Positions 36,906 through 48,172 of a stretch of DNA of 64,000 nucleotides are shown here, piece after piece. How positions within the stretch are numbered: the first letter of the stretch is position 1; each line of letters opens with the position of its first letter. The stretch comes from Patescibacteria group bacterium (GTDB taxonomy: Bacteria; Patescibacteriota; Microgenomatia; Levybacterales; UBA12049). Under the pieces are notes generated by a model. That model was given only the letters and a program-made list of their open reading frames with translations, had not been told where the DNA came from and searched no databases. The stretch is taken from positions 82,630 to 146,629 of the forward strand of contig BPJB01000001.1 of NCBI GenBank assembly GCA_026004395.1, read 5' to 3'. The translations under genes and the position numbers were made by a program.

Positions 36906-37646
36906 ATGCCAAGATTAAAAACTATTAAAAAGAAACATTCAGGAAGAGATACGAGCGGTCAAGTGGCTGTTCGGCATCGTGGTGGAGAACAAAAGCGATA
37001 TCTTAGAAAAATTGATTTTAAAAGAGATAAGCATGGAGTACCAGGTAAAATTATCTCTATTGAGTATGATCCGAATCGGACAGCAGATATTGCTCTTGTT
37101 CAGTATGCTGACGGTGAGAAGCGCTATATACTCTCTCCTGTAGGTCTTAAAGTTGGAGATACGATTGAGTCGGGAATAAATGTTGAACCACGCGTAGGTA
37201 ATGCCTTACCTTTGGCAAATATTCCCATTGGCACAATCGTTCATAATATTGAGCTGACACCCGGCAAGGGTGGACAACTTGCAAGAGGAGCGGGTACAGC
37301 AGCAATTATTACTGCGAAGGAGAACGGATTTGTACATCTGAGACTTCCCTCTGGTGAGATTAGAATGGTGTCTGAAAAAGGTATTGCAACAGTAGGCCAG
37401 GTTGGAAATGTTGAGTGGAAAAATGAAGTTATTGGTAAAGCAGGAAGAGCGCGTTTGATGGGTATTCGTCCGAGTGTTAGAGGAGTTGCCATGAATCCAC
37501 GATCGCATCCTCATGGAGGAGGAGAAGGACGCTCAGGTATCGGTATGCCTAGCCCTAAGACCTATACTGGACGAAAAGCAGTAGGAAAAACTAGAAAAAA
37601 AAAGAAATATTCCGATAAATATATTTTGCAAAGGAGGAAAAAATGA
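36906..37646 (+). CDS. rplB: 50S ribosomal protein L2
   Basis: [23 protein letters not shown] and GMPSPKT motifs. Confidence 0.95.
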   Translation: MPRLKTIKKKHSGRDTSGQVAVRHRGGEQKRYLRKIDFKRDKHGVPGKIISIEYDPNRTADIALVQYADGEKRYILSPVGLKVGDTIESGINVEPRVGNALPLANIPIGTIVHNIELTPGKGGQLARGAGTAAIITAKENGFVHLRLPSGEIRMVSEKGIATVGQVGNVEWKNEVIGKAGRARLMGIRPSVRGVAMNPRSHPHGGGEGRSGIGMPSPKTYTGRKAVGKTRKKKKYSDKYILQRRKK

Positions 37647-37927
37647 GTAGATCACTTAAAAAAGGACCTTTTGTTGATGAAAAATTAATGAAGAAGGTAA
37701 TGGAACAGAAAAAAACTGGTCAGCGCACTCCCATTAAGACATGGGCAAGGGCGTCTCAGATTCCGCCTGAGTTTGTGGGCCACACTTTTGCTGTTCATAA
37801 TGGACGAATTTTCGTCAATGTATTCGTTACTGAAGCAATGGTGGGTCATAGATTGGGAGAGTTTGCTCCAACAAGAACATTCAGAAGTCATGGTCGAGTA
37901 GTTGCAAGGGAGATTTCTAAGACATAA
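37643..37927 (+). CDS. rpsS: 30S ribosomal protein S19
   Basis: SLKKGPFVD...[10 protein letters not shown] matches S19. Confidence 0.95.
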   Translation: MSRSLKKGPFVDEKLMKKVMEQKKTGQRTPIKTWARASQIPPEFVGHTFAVHNGRIFVNVFVTEAMVGHRLGEFAPTRTFRSHGRVVAREISKT

Positions 37928-37930
37928 CCT

Positions 37931-38281
37931 ATGGAAATAATAGCTCAAGCAAATCAAGTTAGAATTAGTCCGCGCAAAGTGCGTCTTGTAGCAGACGCAG
38001 TAAGACGCATGTCGTTGGATGAGGCTCTTTACGCTCTTCGTTCGATTCGTAAACGAGGAGCACGAGTACTGGAAAAAACAATACTTTCAGCAGTAGCCAA
38101 TGCTGTAAATAATGCTAAATTAGAAAGAAGCAAGCTAAAGATTGCAAGAATTGAGGTTACTGAGGGTCCTGCATTTAAACGTTATCGCGCATCAACAAGA
38201 GGGAGAATTCATCCTTACAAAAAGCGAAGCAGTAATATAAAAGTAGTTTTACAGGAGGTAACAAATGGGACAAAAAGTTAA
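37931..38281 (+). CDS. rplV: 50S ribosomal protein L22
   Basis: ISPRKVRLVADAVRRMSLDEAL matches L22. Confidence 0.93.
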   Translation: MEIIAQANQVRISPRKVRLVADAVRRMSLDEALYALRSIRKRGARVLEKTILSAVANAVNNAKLERSKLKIARIEVTEGPAFKRYRASTRGRIHPYKKRSSNIKVVLQEVTNGTKS

Positions 38282-38915
38282 TCCAATTTTGATGAGATTA
38301 CAGAATGTTCACACTTGGAGTAGCAGGTGGTTTAATAAGGCGCATTATAAAGAAAACGTCATTGAGGATTATGAACTCAGAAAGCTTTTAATGGATCGTC
38401 TGAAGGCAGCGGGGATTAGTAGAGTAGAGATTGAAAGATCAATCAATACCGTAAAAATTACAGTTTATGTATCACGACCAGGAGTTGTTATAGGAAGAGG
38501 AGGGTCAGGAATTGAGGATCTTAAAAAGACAATAGAGCAGTTCTTTATAAAAAGAGGAAAAGCAGGTAAAATGATGCCTAGATTTGATCTAAAAGTAGAA
38601 CAGGTAAAAGATCCGAATCTTGATGCATATCTTGTTGCTAAAAGTGTGTCGGAAGCATTGATTAGACGTCTTGCATTTAAGCGTGTCCTTACTCAGACAG
38701 CTGAAAAAGTTATGAGTTCAGGTGCACTGGGAGTAAGGATTGTTCTTTCAGGCCGCATTGCAGGAGCTGAAATTGGACGTAAAGAAAAAATTCAACTGGG
38801 AACAGTCCCTCTCTCAACAATTCGTGCCAATATTGATTATGCAGAATATCCTGCACTGACTAAAAAGGGGTATATAGGTGTTAAAGTATGGATTAATAGA
38901 CCAAAGGAGAAATAA
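38265..38915 (+). CDS. rpsC: 30S ribosomal protein S3
   Basis: [12 protein letters not shown], a KH domain and a GAEIGRKE C-terminus. Confidence 0.95.
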   Translation: MGQKVNPILMRLQNVHTWSSRWFNKAHYKENVIEDYELRKLLMDRLKAAGISRVEIERSINTVKITVYVSRPGVVIGRGGSGIEDLKKTIEQFFIKRGKAGKMMPRFDLKVEQVKDPNLDAYLVAKSVSEALIRRLAFKRVLTQTAEKVMSSGALGVRIVLSGRIAGAEIGRKEKIQLGTVPLSTIRANIDYAEYPALTKKGYIGVKVWINRPKEK

Positions 38916-38917
38916 AT

Positions 38918-39325
38918 ATGTTAATACCAAGAAGAGTAAAGTATAGAAAACAAATGCGGGGAAGAATGAAAGGGGAGGCTCATCGTGGAACAACACTTGC
39001 CTTTGGTGAATTTGGTCTTCAGAGTGAAGAAGAAGGATGGATTTCCAGCAGGCAGATTGAGGCTGCACGTAGATCCATTACACACTATACACAGCGAGGT
39101 GGAAAAGTGTGGATTAGGATTTTTCCTGATAAACCAATTACCAAAAAACCACCAGAGGTGCGTATGGGAGGGGGAAAAGGTGACGTCTATGAGTATGTCG
39201 CCCCTGTTCTTCCTGGAAGAGTACTTTTTGAGATGGGTGGTGTATCCAAAGAAGTTGCAATGGAGGCTCTGCGTTTAGCAGCGCATAAGCTTCCTGTGAA
39301 GACAAAATTTATTAGTAAGGAGTAA
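38918..39325 (+). CDS. rplP: 50S ribosomal protein L16
   Basis: [19 protein letters not shown] matches L16. Confidence 0.95.
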   Translation: MLIPRRVKYRKQMRGRMKGEAHRGTTLAFGEFGLQSEEEGWISSRQIEAARRSITHYTQRGGKVWIRIFPDKPITKKPPEVRMGGGKGDVYEYVAPVLPGRVLFEMGGVSKEVAMEALRLAAHKLPVKTKFISKE

Positions 39326-39543
39326 TGATTATGAAACAGAAAGTATTATCAGAAATCAAAAATAAAGATGTTCAAGAATTAAGAAAGATGCTTGATGAAG
39401 CTAAAAAAGAATTATTTCAACTTAAACTTGATCATGCGCAGTTTAAACTTAAGAATACTCGATCTATTTTTCATAAACGAAAAGAGATTGCAATTATACA
39501 AACAATATTAAAAGAAAAGGAGGCATATGGCAAAAACGCTTAG
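39325..39543 (+). CDS. rpmC: 50S ribosomal protein L29
   Basis: 72 aa helical protein (LRKMLDEAKKELFQLKL) in the canonical position. Confidence 0.85.
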   Translation: MIMKQKVLSEIKNKDVQELRKMLDEAKKELFQLKLDHAQFKLKNTRSIFHKRKEIAIIQTILKEKEAYGKNA

Positions 39544-39778
39544 AGGTAAAGTTATTTCAACATCAATGCAGAATACTGCGGTTGTAGAGGTGACAAGAAG
39601 GACGCCTCATCCAGTATATAAAAAGTTATTGACAAAAAGTAAGAAATACAAAGTTGATACCAGAAATGTCAACGTCAATGTGGGAGATGAGGTTGTGATT
39701 GTCGAAACAAGACCCATATCCAAAGAAAAACATTTTGCAGTTGCTCAAGTAATAAAAAAACAAGGTAAGGAGAAATAA
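39527..39778 (+). CDS. rpsQ: 30S ribosomal protein S17
   Basis: [18 protein letters not shown]...KYKVDTRN matches S17. Confidence 0.93.
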   Translation: MAKTLRGKVISTSMQNTAVVEVTRRTPHPVYKKLLTKSKKYKVDTRNVNVNVGDEVVIVETRPISKEKHFAVAQVIKKQGKEK

Positions 39779-39780
39779 TT

Positions 39781-40155
39781 ATGGTACAGCATAGAACAAT
39801 GTTAACCGTGGCAGACAACTCAGGAGCAAGACTTTTGCAAGTGATCCATATTTTTGGAGGATCAAAGCGACGCAAAGGTGGTCTCGGTGATATCGTCAAT
39901 GCTGTTGTCAAACAAGCTATTCCTCATGGACAGGTAAAAGAAGGAGAAATAGTCAAAGCGGTTATTGTAAGAACGCGCAAGGAACATCGTCGAGAAGATG
40001 GGTCTTACATACGCTTTTCCGATAATGCTGCGGTTTTGATTGACAACGCAAAGGATAAGAATCCTCGCGGCACACGCATCTTTGGGCCTATTGCCCGAGA
40101 AGTACGTGATAAAGGATTCACTAAGATTGCCAGTATGGCAATTGAAGTTGTTTAA
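39781..40155 (+). CDS. rplN: 50S ribosomal protein L14
   Basis: [17 protein letters not shown] matches L14. Confidence 0.95.
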   Translation: MVQHRTMLTVADNSGARLLQVIHIFGGSKRRKGGLGDIVNAVVKQAIPHGQVKEGEIVKAVIVRTRKEHRREDGSYIRFSDNAAVLIDNAKDKNPRGTRIFGPIAREVRDKGFTKIASMAIEVV

Positions 40156-40166
40156 GGAGGTAAACT

Positions 40167-40472
40167 ATGAAATACAAAAAAGGAGATTTAGTTATCGTAA
40201 CAGCAGGAAAAGATAAAGGAAAAATAGGGAAAATTGAAAAAGTTCTAACAAAAGAGAACAAAGTTATTGTTGAGGGAGTTAATCAGTATAAACGTCACGT
40301 CAAGGCACGTTCTGAAGGGCAAAAATCAGAGATAATTACGATAACCAAACCATTACCGGTATCCAATATCGCATTTTTTGATCAGAAAACCAAAAAACCA
40401 ACGCGTTTGGGATATAAGATAGAAAAAGGAACAAAGATTAGAATTAGTAAAGTATCAGGAGAGGAAGTTTAA
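40167..40472 (+). CDS. rplX: 50S ribosomal protein L24
   Basis: KKGDLVIVTAGKDKGKIGKI (KOW motif). Confidence 0.93.
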   Translation: MKYKKGDLVIVTAGKDKGKIGKIEKVLTKENKVIVEGVNQYKRHVKARSEGQKSEIITITKPLPVSNIAFFDQKTKKPTRLGYKIEKGTKIRISKVSGEEV

Positions 40473-40473
40473 T

Positions 40474-41028
40474 ATGGAAAACTTACAAAAACGGTATATC
40501 AATACAATACGCAGAGAATTACAGGAAAAACTCAAAATTAAAAATCCCATGGCGACACCTAAGCTAGTAAAGATAGTTGTTAATATGGGTGTCAAAGATG
40601 CAGTAGTTGATAAGAAAAATATAGATCGAGCCAGTGCAGCTTTGGCAAAAATCACGGGTCAAAAACCAAAAATCGCAAGAGCTCGAAAATCTATAGCCTC
40701 CTTTAAGGTGCGTCAAGGAGATCCAATCGGAGTGATGGTAACTCTGCGAGGTAAGAGAATGTATGACTTTTTTGAGAAACTGACGAGTATTGTTCTTCCT
40801 CGATTGAAGGATTTTCATGGCGTTAGTAGAAAAAGCTTCGACGGTAAAGGAAATTATACTCTTGGTTTAAGCGAATACACTGTCTTTCCTGAGATTGATC
40901 CGGCAAGCGTGGAGCGTGTGCAAGGATTAGAGATGGTTTTTGTAACTACAGCACGTGACAATGAGGAAGGCTTAGCACTTCTTGAAGCTTTAGGAATGCC
41001 ATTTGCAAAGGAAGGAGGTAAATCATAA
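40474..41028 (+). CDS. rplE: 50S ribosomal protein L5
   Basis: KLVKIVVNMGV...RQGDPIGVMVTLRG matches L5. Confidence 0.95.
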   Translation: MENLQKRYINTIRRELQEKLKIKNPMATPKLVKIVVNMGVKDAVVDKKNIDRASAALAKITGQKPKIARARKSIASFKVRQGDPIGVMVTLRGKRMYDFFEKLTSIVLPRLKDFHGVSRKSFDGKGNYTLGLSEYTVFPEIDPASVERVQGLEMVFVTTARDNEEGLALLEALGMPFAKEGGKS

Positions 41029-41075
41029 GAATAGCTTGTCTTTTGAGGCTGAAAAGCTTATAATCGTTAGTCACT

Positions 41076-41261
41076 ATGGCAAAAAAATCAGATATTGTTA
41101 AATTTCAGAAAAAACAGAAATACGCAGTAAGACACGTGAATAGATGTGCTATTTGTGGAAGGTCAAGAGGTTACCTTAGACGCTTTGGTCTGTGCAGAAT
41201 TTGTTTTAGAGAAAGAGCGTCTAAAGGTGAGCTTCCAGGAGTCTTGAAAGCAAGTTGGTAA
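41076..41261 (+). CDS. rpsZ: 30S ribosomal protein S14 type Z (zinc-binding)
   Basis: 61 aa with CAICGR...CRIC zinc ribbon. Confidence 0.93.
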   Translation: MAKKSDIVKFQKKQKYAVRHVNRCAICGRSRGYLRRFGLCRICFRERASKGELPGVLKASW

Positions 41262-41280
41262 CCCTTAAAAGGATTTTATT

Positions 41281-41676
41281 ATGATTAATCATCAGGTAAC
41301 AGATTTTATTATTAGAGTTAAGAATGCTTCAGCAGCAAGAAGAAAAGAAGTTATTATGCCTTACTCATCTATAGTTAAGGCTATCGCTAAAGTTCTTGTG
41401 AAGGAAGGATTTCTGGCAGATGTTAAAGAAACAGAGATTGAAGGAAAGAAAATGCTTTCTGTTGGTATTCGTTATGCTAAACGTAAGCCAGTTGTAAATA
41501 CAGTTGAAATAGTTTCCAAACCATCACTTAGAGTATATATGAATAGTAATGAATTGCAAAAAGAGATGCGCAAGAAGGCTCTGACTATACTCGTTTCCAC
41601 AAATGAGGGCATTATGACCGCCCAAGACGCTTTAAAAAAGGGAATAGGAGGAGAAATTCTTTTTAAGATAGGATAG
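41281..41676 (+). CDS. rpsH: 30S ribosomal protein S8
   Basis: TDFIIRVKNA...GEILFKIG matches S8. Confidence 0.93.
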   Translation: MINHQVTDFIIRVKNASAARRKEVIMPYSSIVKAIAKVLVKEGFLADVKETEIEGKKMLSVGIRYAKRKPVVNTVEIVSKPSLRVYMNSNELQKEMRKKALTILVSTNEGIMTAQDALKKGIGGEILFKIG

Positions 41677-41688
41677 GGAGATAATTTT

Positions 41689-42243
41689 ATGTCAAAAATA
41701 GGAAAATTACCAATTCAATTACCATCTGGAGTACAAGTGACAGTCAATGGACAAGATATAACGGTTTCTGGTGTTAAAGGACAATTATCTTATCATGTTC
41801 CAGAAGGAATTCAGGTTGAAGTTGTTGATAATACAAATTTAGTTGTTTCTCAAAAAGATCCTGCCAATAAAGATCTTGCAGCAATTTATGGTCTTACACG
41901 AGCGCAACTTGCCAATATGGTAAAAGGGGTAAGTACCGGTTTTGAAAAAAAACTGGAATTAAAAGGTGTAGGATATAGAGCTCAAATTCAAGGTAATGAT
42001 CTTATTCTCTCTCTTGGATTTTCGCATCCTGTCAAATTTACTCCCAAGGAGGGAATAAAAATTAGTGTTAGTGATAATGTTATTACCGTATCGGGAATAG
42101 ATAAAAGCCTTGTAGGTGAGACAGCTGCCAAGATACGTAGTATCAAAGAGCCTGAGCCTTATAAAGGTAAAGGGATTCAATATGTTGGGGAGCAAGTTCG
42201 AAGAAAGGCAGGAAAAGCTGCAAAAGCAGTAGGAGGAAAATAA
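41689..42243 (+). CDS. rplF: 50S ribosomal protein L6
   Basis: MSKIGKLPIQLPSGVQVTV matches L6. Confidence 0.95.
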   Translation: MSKIGKLPIQLPSGVQVTVNGQDITVSGVKGQLSYHVPEGIQVEVVDNTNLVVSQKDPANKDLAAIYGLTRAQLANMVKGVSTGFEKKLELKGVGYRAQIQGNDLILSLGFSHPVKFTPKEGIKISVSDNVITVSGIDKSLVGETAAKIRSIKEPEPYKGKGIQYVGEQVRRKAGKAAKAVGGK

Positions 42244-42581
42244 TGGAAGAGGTAATTAAGAAAAGAGTTAAAAGACAGAAAAGAGTACGGGAAAAAATTA
42301 GAAGTGTTACTACACTTCCCCGTCTTTCTGTCTTTAGATCTAATAAACGTATGTATGCACAGATTATTGATGATCAAAAAGGTGTCACACTTTTAGGTGT
42401 TGCTGAGAAATCCCTTACTGGTAGTAAGACTGAACGAGCACGGTCTCTTGGACAAGAGATAGCTAGACTAGCAAAAGAGAAACAGATAACTCGTGTAGTT
42501 TTTGATAAAGGAAGATATGCTTATCATGGCCGCGTAAAAGCGTTCGCAGAGGGAGCGCGGGAAGGAGGATTGCAATTTTAA
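42243..42581 (+). CDS. rplR: 50S ribosomal protein L18
   Basis: RLSVFRSNKRMYAQIIDD matches L18. Confidence 0.93.
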   Translation: MEEVIKKRVKRQKRVREKIRSVTTLPRLSVFRSNKRMYAQIIDDQKGVTLLGVAEKSLTGSKTERARSLGQEIARLAKEKQITRVVFDKGRYAYHGRVKAFAEGAREGGLQF

Positions 42582-42582
42582 A

Positions 42583-43068
42583 ATGGATCAGACAGGTCAA
42601 AAGAGTGATTTTATTGAACAAATTGTAAAAATAAGCAGAGTCTCTAAGAAGACAAAAGGAGGGAATAAAGTGAGTTTTTCAGCTTTAGCTGTTGTAGGTA
42701 ACGGACGAGGTAGAGTGGGAGTTGGACTAGGAAAAGCACCTGATGTTTCAGCAGCAATTCGCAAAGGAATTAACTTAGCAAAGAAACACATGATAACTGT
42801 TCCAATTGTGAATGAAACAATTCCTACACGCATAGATGTCAAAGTAGGAGCCTGTAGAGTGATGCTTAAACCTGCTCCGCGAGGCAGTGGTATTATAGCG
42901 GGTGGAGCAGTACGCAGCGTAGTATCAGCTGCTGGTATTACAAATATTTCATCAAAAGTGCTAGGATCGAATAATAAAGTAGGCAATGTGTACGCAACCT
43001 TTGAAGCTCTACGACAACTGGCATTAATGAAAGAAAGAGAAGATATGAAAAAGGAGAAGGTGAAATAA
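42583..43068 (+). CDS. rpsE: 30S ribosomal protein S5
   Basis: SRVSKKTKGG...VVGNGRGRVGVGLGKA matches S5. Confidence 0.95.
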   Translation: MDQTGQKSDFIEQIVKISRVSKKTKGGNKVSFSALAVVGNGRGRVGVGLGKAPDVSAAIRKGINLAKKHMITVPIVNETIPTRIDVKVGACRVMLKPAPRGSGIIAGGAVRSVVSAAGITNISSKVLGSNNKVGNVYATFEALRQLALMKEREDMKKEKVK

Positions 43069-43072
43069 GGCT

Positions 43073-43540
43073 ATGACACTTTATAAATTACCCAAAATAA
43101 CAGAGAAAAAGAAACGTCGTCTCGGTCGAGGCCATGGGTCAGGACGAGGAAAAACAGCAGGGCGTGGAACAAAAGGCCAAAAAGCACGCAGCTCAATCCC
43201 ACTATCTTTTGAAGGTGGAGCTCTTCCTTTGATTAAACGTCTTCCTTTTCTCAGAGGTAAGGATCGGCATCGATCTCTTCTTGTAGATCCAGTTGTTCTT
43301 AATGTTAAGGCTTTAAACAAACTTCCCAAAAATAGTGTGGTAGATATTGATACTTTAGTAAAATATAAGCTGGTAAGAGAGAAAGAGGCAAAAGTTCGTG
43401 GAGTAAAAATTCTTGGGGATGGAGAATTAACAATTCCACTTACTGTCAAACTTCCAGTTTCAAAAGCAGCTGAGGAAAAGATTCTCAAAGCGGGTGGAAA
43501 AGTTGAGCCGATTTCATTAAGTGTAAACGTTTCTCAATGA
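43073..43540 (+). CDS. rplO: 50S ribosomal protein L15 (directly after S5; no L30 gene)
   Basis: [25 protein letters not shown] matches L15. Only 4 nt separate the rpsE stop from the rplO start. Confidence 0.95.
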   Translation: MTLYKLPKITEKKKRRLGRGHGSGRGKTAGRGTKGQKARSSIPLSFEGGALPLIKRLPFLRGKDRHRSLLVDPVVLNVKALNKLPKNSVVDIDTLVKYKLVREKEAKVRGVKILGDGELTIPLTVKLPVSKAAEEKILKAGGKVEPISLSVNVSQ

Positions 43541-44829
43541 ACAAATTTTTCTCAACTATAACTAATGCATATCGTACTCCAGAGGTGCGAAAAAAAATTC
43601 TTTTTACACTTTTTATCTTTTTTGTTTTTCGCATCTTCGCTCATATACCAACAGCTGGTGTTAATTTAGCACAACTTGAGCAACTTTTTGCCCAAAACCA
43701 GTTTTTAGGATTATTAAATATTTTTTCGGGAGGAACTCTGAGCAGATTTTCTATCATGGCTCTTGGACTAAATCCTTATATTAATGCTTCCATTATCCTG
43801 CAGGTTCTGACAATGGTATTTCCTAAACTCGAAGAACTCTCAAAGGAAGGTGAGATGGGACGCCGGAAAATAAATCAATATACTCGTTTCTTAACTGTTC
43901 CATTAGCTGTTCTTCAAGCAATCGGCATGTATGCTCTTTTACGAAGTCAAGGGATTATTGCTAACTTAACTCCTCTTCAGTTAATTGCTTTTATTATGAC
44001 TATGACAGCCGGTACAATGTTTCTTGTCTGGTTGGGTGAGTTGATCACTGAAAGAGGAATAGGTAATGGTATCTCAATTCTTATTTTTGCTGGTATTGTC
44101 GGAAATTTTCCAGTGTCTCTGGGTCAGACATTGGCAACAACTACTGCTGAGAATTTGATTGGAGTTCTTATATTCGTGTTATTGGGATTGGCAGTGATAG
44201 TAGCTATTATTGCTGTTAATGAAGCTACACGACAAATTGTAGTGCATTATGCCAAAAGAATGAGAGGAAATAAAACATATGGTGGACAATCAACTCATCT
44301 TCCTCTTAAGCTCAATCAGGCGGGAGTTATTCCTATAATTTTTGCAGTCTCTTTAGTGCTTCTCCCCTCATTAATATCCAACTTTTTGATCTCATCAAGA
44401 AACCAAATGTTTATTAACATTGGTCAATTTTTAACAAATTGGTTTAATCCTAATGGTGTAGTTTATAACATTACGTATTTTATTTTGGTGGTCGGTTTTA
44501 CTTTTTTCTATACAGCGGTAGTGTTTAATCCGAAAAAAATTTCTGAAGATATCCAAAAACATGGAGGATTTATTCCGGGAATTCGTCCTGGTACGCAAAC
44601 TGCTCATTATCTCAATTATATCCTTACGAGATTAACACTTGTGGGAGCTATTTTTCTTGGTTTTATTGCAGTTCTTCCATCTATCGTCTTGGCAATTACT
44701 AATGTACAGACGCTTTTTTTAGGGGGGACAAGCATTTTGATCGTTGTAAGTGTCGTACTCGAGACATATAGAGCAATTGAGGCAAATATTGTTATGCGCA
44801 GTTATGAAGGATTCTTAAAAACCAGATGA
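43537..44829 (+). CDS. secY: preprotein translocase subunit SecY
   Basis: 430 aa with 10 TM helices. [14 protein letters not shown] and [15 protein letters not shown] motifs. Confidence 0.95.
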   Translation: MNKFFSTITNAYRTPEVRKKILFTLFIFFVFRIFAHIPTAGVNLAQLEQLFAQNQFLGLLNIFSGGTLSRFSIMALGLNPYINASIILQVLTMVFPKLEELSKEGEMGRRKINQYTRFLTVPLAVLQAIGMYALLRSQGIIANLTPLQLIAFIMTMTAGTMFLVWLGELITERGIGNGISILIFAGIVGNFPVSLGQTLATTTAENLIGVLIFVLLGLAVIVAIIAVNEATRQIVVHYAKRMRGNKTYGGQSTHLPLKLNQAGVIPIIFAVSLVLLPSLISNFLISSRNQMFINIGQFLTNWFNPNGVVYNITYFILVVGFTFFYTAVVFNPKKISEDIQKHGGFIPGIRPGTQTAHYLNYILTRLTLVGAIFLGFIAVLPSIVLAITNVQTLFLGGTSILIVVSVVLETYRAIEANIVMRSYEGFLKTR

Positions 44830-45392
44830 AAATTATACTTATTGGTATCCAGGGAGCTGGAAAATCAACTCAAGGTAAATTATTATCGCAAAAACTCAAT
44901 CTACCTTACCTTTCAACAGGTCATATTTTTAGAGAGTTGGCCAAAGAGCATACTCCTCTTGGAAGATATATTAAAGAAGTTATGAATGCTGGATATCTTA
45001 TTCCCGATAATAAGACATTAAAGATTGTTAGTGAATATCTTCAACGTCCGGAATATCAAAAAGGATATATTCTTGATGGATTTCCTCGAACCTTACATCA
45101 AGCTGAAAAATTCGAAAATGGTATTGATTATGTTTTTTATTTAAAGGTTTCTGATAGAGAGGCTCTTTGGAGACTTTCATATCGAGAAGGTGATGAGGCA
45201 GAAGATAGAGAGGATGAGACTCTAAAAGCTATTCGCAAGAGGATAGAGCTTTTTCATAAATATACTGAGCCAGTATTAGATTACTATCGAAAACATCATC
45301 TTCTTTATGAGATAAATGGTGAACAGCCAATAGAAGCTATTCACAAAGATATTATGAGGATAATAAAAAATAAAAAACATGCAACGGTGTAA
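44826..45392 (+). CDS. adk: adenylate kinase (short form, no zinc lid)
   Basis: [14 protein letters not shown]-loop and [10 protein letters not shown]. Confidence 0.9.
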   Translation: MKIILIGIQGAGKSTQGKLLSQKLNLPYLSTGHIFRELAKEHTPLGRYIKEVMNAGYLIPDNKTLKIVSEYLQRPEYQKGYILDGFPRTLHQAEKFENGIDYVFYLKVSDREALWRLSYREGDEAEDREDETLKAIRKRIELFHKYTEPVLDYYRKHHLLYEINGEQPIEAIHKDIMRIIKNKKHATV

Positions 45393-46089
45393 GATGGGAG
45401 GATTTATTATTGCAATTGATGGTCCTGTTGCCTCAGGAAAAGGGACAATTGCCCCACTTCTTGCAAATCGACTAAATGGCTTTTATCTTCAGACAGGTGC
45501 TATGTACAGATCTGTTGCTTTGTATTGTATTAAACACTCTATTGATCTTACTAACAAAGAAGCGATCATAAAGCATCTTCCAAGGATTGTAATTAAATTT
45601 TCCAATGGGAGGATTTTACTTAACGGAGAAGACGTAACAGATGAGATTAGACAAGAAAAAGTTGCCTATGCCTCATCAACGATAGCGACAATTCCTGAAG
45701 TAAGAGCATTTCTTGTAAAAGAGCAACAACAAATTGCACTAAAAGAACTAGAAAAAGACAGAGTGGTTGTTGCTGAAGGGAGGGATACAGCAACCAAAGT
45801 ATTTCCTGATGCCAAGCTGAAGATTTTCCTGACTGCCAATCCTCAAGTTAGAGCAAAACGCCGTCAAGAGCAAATAAACAAGCTTATCGGTAAAAAAGTT
45901 ACTTTTGATGAAGTGCTTTCGGAGATTTTAAAACGTGATGAACAAGACAAAAATAGAGCGATAGATCCTTTAGTATCTGATCCAAAAGCGCATGGATATG
46001 TTATACTTGACAATTCTTCTCAGACAGAGAGACAGACATTAGAACAGATTATTAATTTGTTAAAAGAGAGAGGACTTTATCATGATTGA
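45379..46089 (+). CDS. cmk: cytidylate kinase
   Basis: IIAIDGPVASGKGT P-loop. LQTGAMYRSVAL is typical of Cmk. Confidence 0.85.
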   Translation: MQRCKMGGFIIAIDGPVASGKGTIAPLLANRLNGFYLQTGAMYRSVALYCIKHSIDLTNKEAIIKHLPRIVIKFSNGRILLNGEDVTDEIRQEKVAYASSTIATIPEVRAFLVKEQQQIALKELEKDRVVVAEGRDTATKVFPDAKLKIFLTANPQVRAKRRQEQINKLIGKKVTFDEVLSEILKRDEQDKNRAIDPLVSDPKAHGYVILDNSSQTERQTLEQIINLLKERGLYHD

Positions 46090-46843
46090 CATCAAAACAA
46101 AAGAAGAAATTGAGATAATGAAAAAAGGTGGCAAGATTCTAGCTGAATCACTTTTTGAGACACTTAGAACGGTTAGACCTGGGATAACAGAAGCAGAGCT
46201 TGATCGGATAGCGGAGAAGGCTATTAGGAGAAGGGGAGGAGAACCTGGTTTCATGAGAGTGCCAGGATACAAACATACAATATGTGTTGCCACCAACGAG
46301 GTGGTTGTTCATGGAATCCCTGGTGATCGTATTCTCAAAGAAGGAGATATCATCTGTATTGATTGTGGAGTTTATTATGGGGGGTTGCATACAGATATGG
46401 CAGAAACAATAATAGTAGGTTCAGAAAATAGTGTTCAAAAAGAAGTTCGGGATTTTCTGAGGACATGCAAACTCGCCTTACAAGAGGCAATTGCAGTTGC
46501 TAAGGCCGGAAACAGAGTTGGACATATTTCCAAGACAATTCAGGATATTGTAGAAGGAAAAGGATACAGTATTGTTCGCAGTCTTGTGGGGCATGGAGTT
46601 GGAAGAGAACTGCATGAAGAGCCAGAAGTTCCGGGTTTTTTGCAGGGTAAAATAGCAAGAACACCTCTTTTAAAGGAAGGCATGACAATTGCAGTAGAAG
46701 TTATCGCTACGATGGGTAGTCCTGAGGTTTGTTATGCCAATGAAGATGGATGGACAATAAAGACTGTAGATAATAGTCTCTCTGCAGTTTTTGAGAGGAC
46801 AATTTTAATTACTAAGGATAAACCGTTGATTCTAACTCAATAG
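46082..46843 (+). CDS. map: methionine aminopeptidase type I
   Basis: Pita-bread fold metal ligands (HGIPGD, DCGVYYGG, GHGVG, EPE). Confidence 0.93.
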   Translation: MIDIKTKEEIEIMKKGGKILAESLFETLRTVRPGITEAELDRIAEKAIRRRGGEPGFMRVPGYKHTICVATNEVVVHGIPGDRILKEGDIICIDCGVYYGGLHTDMAETIIVGSENSVQKEVRDFLRTCKLALQEAIAVAKAGNRVGHISKTIQDIVEGKGYSIVRSLVGHGVGRELHEEPEVPGFLQGKIARTPLLKEGMTIAVEVIATMGSPEVCYANEDGWTIKTVDNSLSAVFERTILITKDKPLILTQ

Positions 46844-46978
46844 TGTTGCTCTTTTGATGTATTATTGCTATAATGTTTAAAAGAAATTATTCGTCTTTTG
46901 TGTTTTGTAGCAAACGCTCCATACTGCCTGGGGTTTGCTCTTTTATGCTTTAAGAGCATCTGAGGCAAGAAGTAATAT

Positions 46979-47197
46979 ATGGCGCATCAAGGATCATTTG
47001 AGAAAGAAGGAGTTGTGAAGGAAGCACTGCCCAATACATTATTTAGGGTAGAGTTAGATGATGGGTCAACTGTTCTCTGTCATCTCTCAGGAAAAATGAG
47101 ACTTAACTTTATCAAAATTCTTCCTGGAGATAGAGTGAGGATTGAAATGACCCCATACGATCCCACAAAAGGACGTATTATCTATAGAGTAAAGTAA
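46979..47197 (+). CDS. infA: translation initiation factor IF-1
   Basis: 72 aa S1-like OB fold ([19 protein letters not shown]...GRIIYR). Confidence 0.93.
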   Translation: MAHQGSFEKEGVVKEALPNTLFRVELDDGSTVLCHLSGKMRLNFIKILPGDRVRIEMTPYDPTKGRIIYRVK

Positions 47198-47205
47198 AAA
47201 GAGTT

Positions 47206-47319
47206 ATGAAAGTACAAGCAAGTGTCAAAAAACGATGCAAAAAGTGTAAAATTATCAGGCGCAAGGGCGTCGTTTTTGTCATTTGTGAGATACCAAAACA
47301 TAAGCAGAGACAAGGATAA
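47206..47319 (+). CDS. rpmJ: 50S ribosomal protein L36
   Basis: 37 aa [37 protein letters not shown]. It is below the ORF-track size cutoff and was found by reading the infA-rpsM gap. Confidence 0.9.
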   Translation: MKVQASVKKRCKKCKIIRRKGVVFVICEIPKHKQRQG

Positions 47320-47324
47320 ATCAT

Positions 47325-47738
47325 ATGCGTATTGCAGGAGTTAATATACCAGATGAAAAACGAGTAGATATAGCTTTAACATACCTTTATGGTATAGGAA
47401 GAAGCAATGTAAAACATATTCTCAAAGCAGCCAATATCGATGCATCAAGACGAGTAAAGGATCTTACAGAAGAGGAACAAAAGAGAATAACGAAAGCTTT
47501 GGATGCAATTAAAATCGAGGGAGATCTTCGCGCAGAGGTGTTGGAGAATATTAAAAGGCTTAAAGAAACAGGCACTTACAGAGGTTTAAGACATATTCGC
47601 AATCTTCCAGTAAGAGGACAGAGAACTCGATCAAATGCTCGAACAAAAAGAGGAAAAAGAGTCACTATTGGAGCAATTAAGAAAGAAATTGCAGCTAAAA
47701 TGGAGGCTGCGGCAAAAGCAAAAGCAGCAGGAAAATAA
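47325..47738 (+). CDS. rpsM: 30S ribosomal protein S13
   Basis: [25 protein letters not shown] matches S13. Confidence 0.95.
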   Translation: MRIAGVNIPDEKRVDIALTYLYGIGRSNVKHILKAANIDASRRVKDLTEEEQKRITKALDAIKIEGDLRAEVLENIKRLKETGTYRGLRHIRNLPVRGQRTRSNARTKRGKRVTIGAIKKEIAAKMEAAAKAKAAGK

Positions 47739-47764
47739 TTCCTGTTTGAAATTAAGAATAAATT

Positions 47765-48166
47765 ATGGCAGCAAAAAAACAAACAAAAGTTACACCTAAA
47801 AAGAAATCAACATTAACTGTTAGTGATCATGGTAGGGTTTATATCACTGCAACGTTTAACAATACATTGGTCACGATTACAAACGATAAAGGAGATACTA
47901 TTGCTTGGAGCTCATCAGGAAATGCTGGTTTTAAGGGTACTCGGAAATCTACTCCCTATGCAGCGTCAGTTGCTGTTGAGTCTGCTGCAAAAAAAGCAGT
48001 AGATAAAGGTTTAAAAACAGTTGATGTATTTATAAAAGGACCTGGTGCAGGTCGTGATTCGGCGCTTCGAGCGATCAAATCAGCAGGTCTTTCAATCTCA
48101 TCAATATCAGACATCACGCCTATTCCACATAATGGGCCGCGACCAAAGAAGAAAAGGAGAGTTTAA
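47765..48166 (+). CDS. rpsK: 30S ribosomal protein S11
   Basis: [30 protein letters not shown] matches S11. Confidence 0.95.
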   Translation: MAAKKQTKVTPKKKSTLTVSDHGRVYITATFNNTLVTITNDKGDTIAWSSSGNAGFKGTRKSTPYAASVAVESAAKKAVDKGLKTVDVFIKGPGAGRDSALRAIKSAGLSISSISDITPIPHNGPRPKKKRRV

Positions 48167-48172
48167 TGTACT

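Noticed and set aside
46844-46978. Possible promoter/terminator structures in the map-infA spacer (TTGCTC-17-TATAAT at 46847-46871; GCAAAC...GTTTGC and GCTCTT...AAGAGC inverted repeats)
   Set aside because: Several overlapping weak candidates. The stems are short or have long loops. Could be an infA leader structure, but I cannot distinguish alternatives without folding energies or transcript mapping.
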